Origin: Blepharisma stoltei ATCC 30299
Taxonomy: Eukaryota > Protista > Ciliophora
NCBI GenBank assembly: GCA_965603825.1
Contig: CBFDEM010000035.1
Location: 186,001 to 250,000 of the forward strand
Reading direction: 5' to 3'
Length of the DNA stretch: 64,000 nucleotides
Shown: piece by piece, positions 58,184 through 64,000 of the stretch
Numbering within the stretch: the stretch's first letter is position 1
How the letters are laid out: each line of letters begins with the position of its first letter
The notes under the pieces: generated by a model
What the model was told of the DNA's origin: nothing
Databases searched by the model: none
The model's input: only the letters and a program-made list of their open reading frames with translations
Position numbers and translations under genes: made by a program

Positions 58184-58516
58184 CTCTTGATTATCTAATT
58201 TAGAATTTCTAGAATTGGGGTATAAATGGAAGATATTTATGTTTACTTTTAACTGGCTATAATAAAAATATCAGCTTTGTTATAAGAACCAGCAAGATAT
58301 CGCTGTTTCAAGCTGCAGGAGAATATAATAAATACAGCTTTATGCGCTTCTAATCAAATTAGTCTATTTAAATTCATAATTTTGGCTTAGCCTTAGCTAA
58401 AATTTTATCTAATATAAATATTAATTCTCATAGTTTATGATTATTTAGCTCACTTATATTGCAATAAATTCTTTAATAAGCGTGAGCTATATCTAAGCCT
58501 AATTATATTACTTATT

Positions 58517-60160
58517 CTAGTTTCCAACCCAAGAGTGAGGAATAAATTTCCCTATTACTCCATATTTTGGATAAAGGTCAATTTGCTGCCTTGCAAAAAA
58601 TTCCCAGCTATAAAACATGACTAAAAGCCCATTGCCCACAAGGAACATTGACCACACAAAAACATTTAAAAACCGTTTTTCTTGTCTTGAAAAGAATGTA
58701 TATAGCACTCCAGGCCCTCCAAACATAGCAAATAAAATAGGATAAAAAAATCCCATCGATACAGCAATAATAAGTTCATGAATAACAGCAGAATAAACAA
58801 AAACTATTGCAAACCCAACAAATTGTGATACTTTTCCTTTTGAGAATCTATACACATCTTGATAAAAATATTGAAAGAGCCACTCGTGCACAGTAATATT
58901 CCACGTTCTATAATAAGCATGGAAACTAGTCACATTTCACCAATCAGTATAGAATTGTCGGTCTCCAAATCTCATGATTTCTGCCCATAAGTTTTGCCAG
59001 CTGTGTAGGATGCCAAAGAACATTAAAACCAATAGCATAGTGCCTGGCAGCATAATGTTGAACCAAGAAGTCAAGATAAATCTTAATTCCCAAGGCTTGT
59101 TTCATGACTCTTTAAAATATGGAATGCAAATTGTGTGTAGTAATAAATAAACATAAAACGTTGTTCCAAAAACATTTAGAAGATTATATACAATGTTCCA
59201 CCATCTTCTATGCGGTGTTATTCGCGGATAAGAGTCTCGGTATATGAGAGTTGGAGCGAAAAAATAAAAAAAGAATCTTTTAAATTCAGTTATAGGATCT
59301 TCAATTGTGATAGTTGGAATATTTAGATTTTCAACTGTGATTCCCTTTTTAGCCATGCTTGGATGAATGTAAGTAGCATACTCATTAGGTCCATTTCCAA
59401 ATAAAAGTTTTTCTCTTAGATAAGAATGCATAGTCATCGACATTCTTGCCATTTCGCAAGTCACGACTAAACCACTTGCCATTGGAAGACTGAAATGCAA
59501 GGACCAATAGCAAGGACCAATAAACATAAATAACTGCATAATGACATATATAGTGATTCAGACTGGCTTAGACAAGTACCCTTTATGAATAAGCTGCACC
59601 AATGGAACGACCAATAAACACCAGCTGGTTTCAAGCAGCCACCCCAAAATCACTAAATGAAACTTTCCAAAAGCCCATGAAAATAGGGATAAATCCAATA
59701 TGACGCTGTTTTCAATATATCCTCTCACGATTTCCCCAATGCACATGACAAGCATGATCGCAATGAAAATATGATAAACCGTTCTAAAATCTTCATTCTT
59801 TAGCATTTTTATCAGCAGACTTGATCTTCTTCTATGAACTTTTTGAGATAAAATGCAAGTTTTTCCTGAATTTTTCTTTTCATCTAGAACATTGACTTCA
59901 ACTTCAATGAGCTCATTGATAACTTTATTGAATTCTGAGTCAAATTCTTTTAAGGTCTGCTGGATTTTTTCCTGCATTTCCTTTTGTATATCAACTAATG
60001 ATGAATTGATTTTATTCATCACTTCTTGTCTAATTTCCTTCAGTCTTGCCTCGCAGTGAGTATCTTTCGAACTTAGATTTTTATCATCCTGAAAGGACTG
60101 AAGGAGTTCTATAGCTGAAGAAAGCTGCTTCTGAATTAAAGAAATGTTTTGACCCTCCAT
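58517..60160 (-). CDS. SOAT1: Sterol O-acyltransferase (MBOAT)
   Basis: FAPTLIYRDSYP, FGDRQFYTDW-W-N (TGG TGA), YYRTWN, SAVIHE; TGAs 59558, 59102, 58937; ends TAG. Confidence 0.9.
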
Positions 60161-60719
60161 TTATAAGAACTTAAAATGAGTTAAGACAGATAATAAGTTG
60201 AAGAGTTTTTTCAATATAATTGAGTATTAGAAATTTCTAGAGCATAGAAAATATGTCAACTAAAGAATATTTCGTAAAAGAATTAAAAAAATAAAAACAT
60301 GAGATAAGAATGAAATTCCAAATCTAAAGAAATTGAGGATTAGGTTTTATTGAAGCGTTATTTCAAAGATTGCTTAAGGAAAATATTTGCTAGAATTTTC
60401 AACTGTAATAAGTTATTTTCGTAAAAATAATTTTATTATTGCAAGGAAAATAGCATTTACTAATAGGATTTTATGCTATATACCTCGATTAGCTAAAATT
60501 AATTACTTTCTTTTAATCTCCAGAAGCTGGAATCTGTTTTTATAATGGCAAAGATAAGATAATAATCTATACATTATAACTTTTATTTAGGCATATCAAA
60601 AATTATTTTTTATCTTAGAATTCAATTCATTTATTAATAAATCTCTTTTAAGATTAAACTTTTAACTGTATTTAAATCTATATATAATAAATTATCAGGT
60701 ATATGCACCTTTGAAATCG

Positions 60720-61775
60720 CTAAAATATATCACATCTTGTTTTTTGCCTTTGAATTTCCCTTGGCCTTTCATTATAAGATCTTATCATCCCAAGATTACT
60801 TCCTGTGAGTTCGCGTTCTCTTCTTTCTATAGGAGGGAGCTTAACAACATCTTCTTCTTTATTTGTTCTAAGTTTGCTTCCCCTTCTTAAGTACCCTGCA
60901 TTTCAGTCAAAAATTAAATCATTTTGAAATTCCTCTCTCATAAAAGCTTCTTTCAAAATTCTCCTTAAATACCCATAGTCAGGCCTGTCCTCAAACTTAA
61001 GTCCTCTACAATATTGTATAAACATAGTTAATTCTGGAGGAAACCCTCTACAGAGTAATTCAATTGGCGTGTTCAGCTTTCTTTCCATTATTTTTTGGTA
61101 TTTGTCTTGCTTTGCTTGTGCAGCTACTCCTTGCCAAGGTAAAGATCCTCTTAAGAAATACACAATTACGTATCCAATACTCTCCAAGTCATCTCTTCTA
61201 CTTTGTTCAATTCCCAAGTGTGTATTTATTGATACATATCTTGCGGTTCCAGTCAAGCTTTTATTCTCTGTATATTGGATATGCTTAGCTGTTTTCTGAT
61301 CTCTAAATTTTTTGGCAAGGCCAAAGTCAATTAAATAAATAAGGCTGCTTCGGTTACCTATCCCAACTAAAAAATTGTCAGGCTTTATGTCTCGATGAAT
61401 AAAATTTTTTGAGTGCAAGTACTCAATTCTGCAAAGCATCTGTTCAGCAACCATAAGTGCAGTTTTCAATGTAAATCTTCGCTTGCATGAATTAAACAGG
61501 TCTTCGAGGCTTTGACCAAGCATCTCCATAACCATGACGTTATAAGTCGCTTCAACTCCAGACCAATACACCATAGGTATACCTGGGATGCCTTGGATCA
61601 TTTTTATTACTTTACTTTCATAAATTAATTGAGGGTGCTTGGTGCTGAGACTTTCTAGCTTTATTGCAACGTTTTCATTTGTTTGGATATTTGTGCCTTG
61701 ATATATTTCTCCAAAAGAGCCAGCCCCGATTTTTTTGCCAACTCTGTATTTACTTCCGACTCTGATATCATTCAT
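60720..61775 (-). CDS. CSNK1: Casein kinase I
   Basis: [39 protein letters not shown] (TGA 60903); tail ends RCDIF then TAG. Confidence 0.95.
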
Positions 61776-62021
61776 TTTCTAATTTTATTAATTGAGTCAT
61801 CTTTAATCAGCGTCATTTGCTCGTGATATTAATATTTTTCATGATAAATAAATTATATGAATTTGATATTTTCCTTTTGCAAACTTTTGACAGAATTTGT
61901 TTATATTTATTAGAGAGAGCTTATTAGATGCTCTTATCCGATATATAAGTTAAGAATTGCAGAAATAAATAGAATAATCATAATAAGGAAAATGTCTTGC
62001 TTAATTTTATAAAACGAATAT

Positions 62022-63254
62022 ATGAACATTTTATTTTTGAGTGTTTTAGTTATATGTTCAGGAATTTCTATGCAAATGAAGCAAGACGAAAGTTCCTCAG
62101 CTACTGATACAACAACAGAGACTAATGTTGAAGAAACTGATAGCTCTGTGTCAAGTGAAAGCTCTGATGAATCATCAAATCTTGAAGAGGAAGAAGAAAC
62201 GACTCAGATTAGTTCAGCAGGGAGAATTGGTCAAGGCATAGAAGAAGTTGGCTCCAAAATAACTGACTTTTCGATCAAAGCAAATGAAAATCTTGAAAAT
62301 TTAAGTGAACAAATGGATATCCAGCAAGAAATAAATTCAGATTCAGCTGAGTCTTTACTAAACGTTGAAATTGATAAATTAAATATTCAAATTTCAAATA
62401 TTGACGAACAAATTGCTGCATTAGAAGAAACCTTAGAATTATTAAAAAAGAATTGCAATAACCTCGAAAACTGCTGGGATTGCACATCCAATGATGAATG
62501 TGTCTGGTGTAGCATAGAAAAGACATGCCACATAGGCGATTCATTAGGTCCTGCAAATGGAGAATGTACTGAATTCAATTATGGTTCTTGCTCCTCACAT
62601 GGCTGTGAGCAGTATAACAGCTGCGACATATGTTTATCTGATACTCAATGTGGGTGGTGTGCGAAAGGTGAATATTGCTTATCAGGTCATGGCTTTTATA
62701 GTGATGTATGTGAAGATAAATATTTTTACCATCAAGAAGGACAAAATGAATGCCCTGAGCCTCAAAATAATGAAAATGATATAGATAATAATGAAGATGA
62801 GATTTCGCAGATTGAGAGCAATATTGAATTTCTAGAAGAATCAAAAGATGAGCTATACGAAGAAATCAGCGGCCTTGAACGACAAATTACCACCATTGTT
62901 AGAAAAGCTGCAAAAACTGTAGATATTTCTGAGCCGATTGATGGAAACGACTATGATGGGTTCAGTGATACTGCTGATGAGCAAGCTGAAGAAGAAAAAG
63001 AAGACGAAAGAAATTACCAAGAAGAAATTTGGGATTGGTGGGCTAATAACACTTCTAATGAAATCAGCGAAACTGTAGAAACAGAATACGATGGCTTAGT
63101 TGAGTCTCTTGAAAGCTATCAAGTAGAAGACGAAGAAGACACACAGGAAGTAACTGAAGAATCAACAGACTCCACAACTGAAGAAAGCTCTGAATCTGAA
63201 ACCGAAGAAGACACAGCTGTTTCTTTTCTATCACTTATGATTAAAAACAAATAA
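62022..63254 (+). CDS. Secreted acidic protein with two PSI-like Cys modules between coiled coils
   Basis: Signal peptide; CWDCTSNDECVWC and CDICLSDTQCGWC; Glu/Ser/Thr-rich ends. Confidence 0.7.
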   Translation: MNILFLSVLVICSGISMQMKQDESSSATDTTTETNVEETDSSVSSESSDESSNLEEEEETTQISSAGRIGQGIEEVGSKITDFSIKANENLENLSEQMDIQQEINSDSAESLLNVEIDKLNIQISNIDEQIAALEETLELLKKNCNNLENCWDCTSNDECVWCSIEKTCHIGDSLGPANGECTEFNYGSCSSHGCEQYNSCDICLSDTQCGWCAKGEYCLSGHGFYSDVCEDKYFYHQEGQNECPEPQNNENDIDNNEDEISQIESNIEFLEESKDELYEEISGLERQITTIVRKAAKTVDISEPIDGNDYDGFSDTADEQAEEEKEDERNYQEEIWDWWANNTSNEISETVETEYDGLVESLESYQVEDEEDTQEVTEESTDSTTEESSESETEEDTAVSFLSLMIKNK

Positions 63255-63289
63255 TTTTTATATAAATAATCGACGAAAATTCTAGCAAG

Positions 63290-64000
63290 ATGGAAGGGAA
63301 AACAGAATTTGACAAACTCATGCGCGAAGCTGTGGCTTTAAAAACAGCCCAGCTCAGTAAAGCTCGTACAAATTTTGATAGCTGGCCACAATTCCATCAA
63401 GCAGGGCTTTATTATTCAGACTCTTTCAAAAGCATCAGAGATTCAAGCACAAACGCAAAAATTGCAGCATTTGAGCAGAAGAAAAATGAAGGGACAGAGC
63501 TATTTAAACAAGAAGAGTTCCAAAAAGCTTTATTTAAGTATGAAGAAGCCTTGACTGTGTTTAGATGGGTAGATAACAAAAATAAAAATTGGAAAAATAG
63601 CGGAATCGAAGACTCAGATCTAACAGTACACAATGAAGAGCCTAACGAAGAAGCTAAACAGTGTGTGATTGCAATTTATCTTAATATTGCACTATGCAAT
63701 ATAAAACTCGAGATATGAAAAGAAGCAGTCAGAGCTTGTGACGAAGTATTAAAAATTGACCCAAAAAATACAAAAGCTCTTTATAGGAAGGCACAAGCCA
63801 TGACAATGCCGGCAAGCTCTGGAATAAATGACTATCAAGACGCCTTGAAATTGCTAAAAGAAGCAGCTTTAATTGATCCTAAAAATGCAGCAATACGACA
63901 AAAGATCACAGAATTTAAAGATTTTATTAAAGACCAAACTGAGAAATCCAAAAAGACCTTTAATTCGTTTTTTAAAAAACCAACATATGATGATGCAGCA
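63290..64000 (+). CDS. TPR co-chaperone-like protein (3' partial)
   Basis: KNEGTELFK, YLNIALCNIKLEI-W-KEA (TGA 63716), DPKNTKALYRKAQA; open to the window end. Confidence 0.85.

Noticed and set aside
58446-58489. Bulged hairpin TAGCTCAC…GTGAGCTA downstream of SOAT
   Set aside because: Only 8 perfect base pairs in AT-rich DNA and no recognisable RNA family.
58934-58945. TGA as selenocysteine or cysteine
   Set aside because: TGAs align with Trp (DWWN, WVKKW, FDW), not with catalytic Cys, and are far too frequent for Sec.

Overview
Gene-dense, AT-rich eukaryotic nuclear DNA, almost certainly ciliate macronuclear sequence and most likely a heterotrich of the genus Blepharisma (inference). The supplied standard-code ORF track is systematically fragmented for two reasons. 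(1) TGA is read as Trp: I count about 50 in-frame TGAs by hand, many at invariant Trp positions of well-known families, while every complete gene ends in TAA or TAG. (2) Some genes carry tiny GT-AG introns: seven of 15 nt, all GTAnnnnnTAnnnAG, plus atypical 17-nt and 20-nt ones. Re-read this way the window holds about 40 intact genes: two GSK3 paralogs, polo kinase, CK1, two CDPKs, kinesin-1, kinesin-2, IFT70, a SAXO-like protein, importin-5, Scc2/NIPBL, CKS1, SOSS-B, ARP6, RPN11, LanCL, SMPDL3-like, Maf, BPNT1-like, SOAT, a CNBD K+ channel, a TBC GAP and Cys-rich surface proteins. Spacing is extremely tight, down to 13 bp between divergent ATGs and 22-25 bp between tandem genes. I found no tRNA/rRNA, CRISPR, telomere or transposon. 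The code and 15-nt introns are established for Blepharisma. The best candidates for novelty are the non-canonical 20-nt and 17-nt introns, gene-specific TGA/TGG usage, the near-zero intergenic architecture and a class I GATase-fold protein with Ser at the catalytic Cys position.
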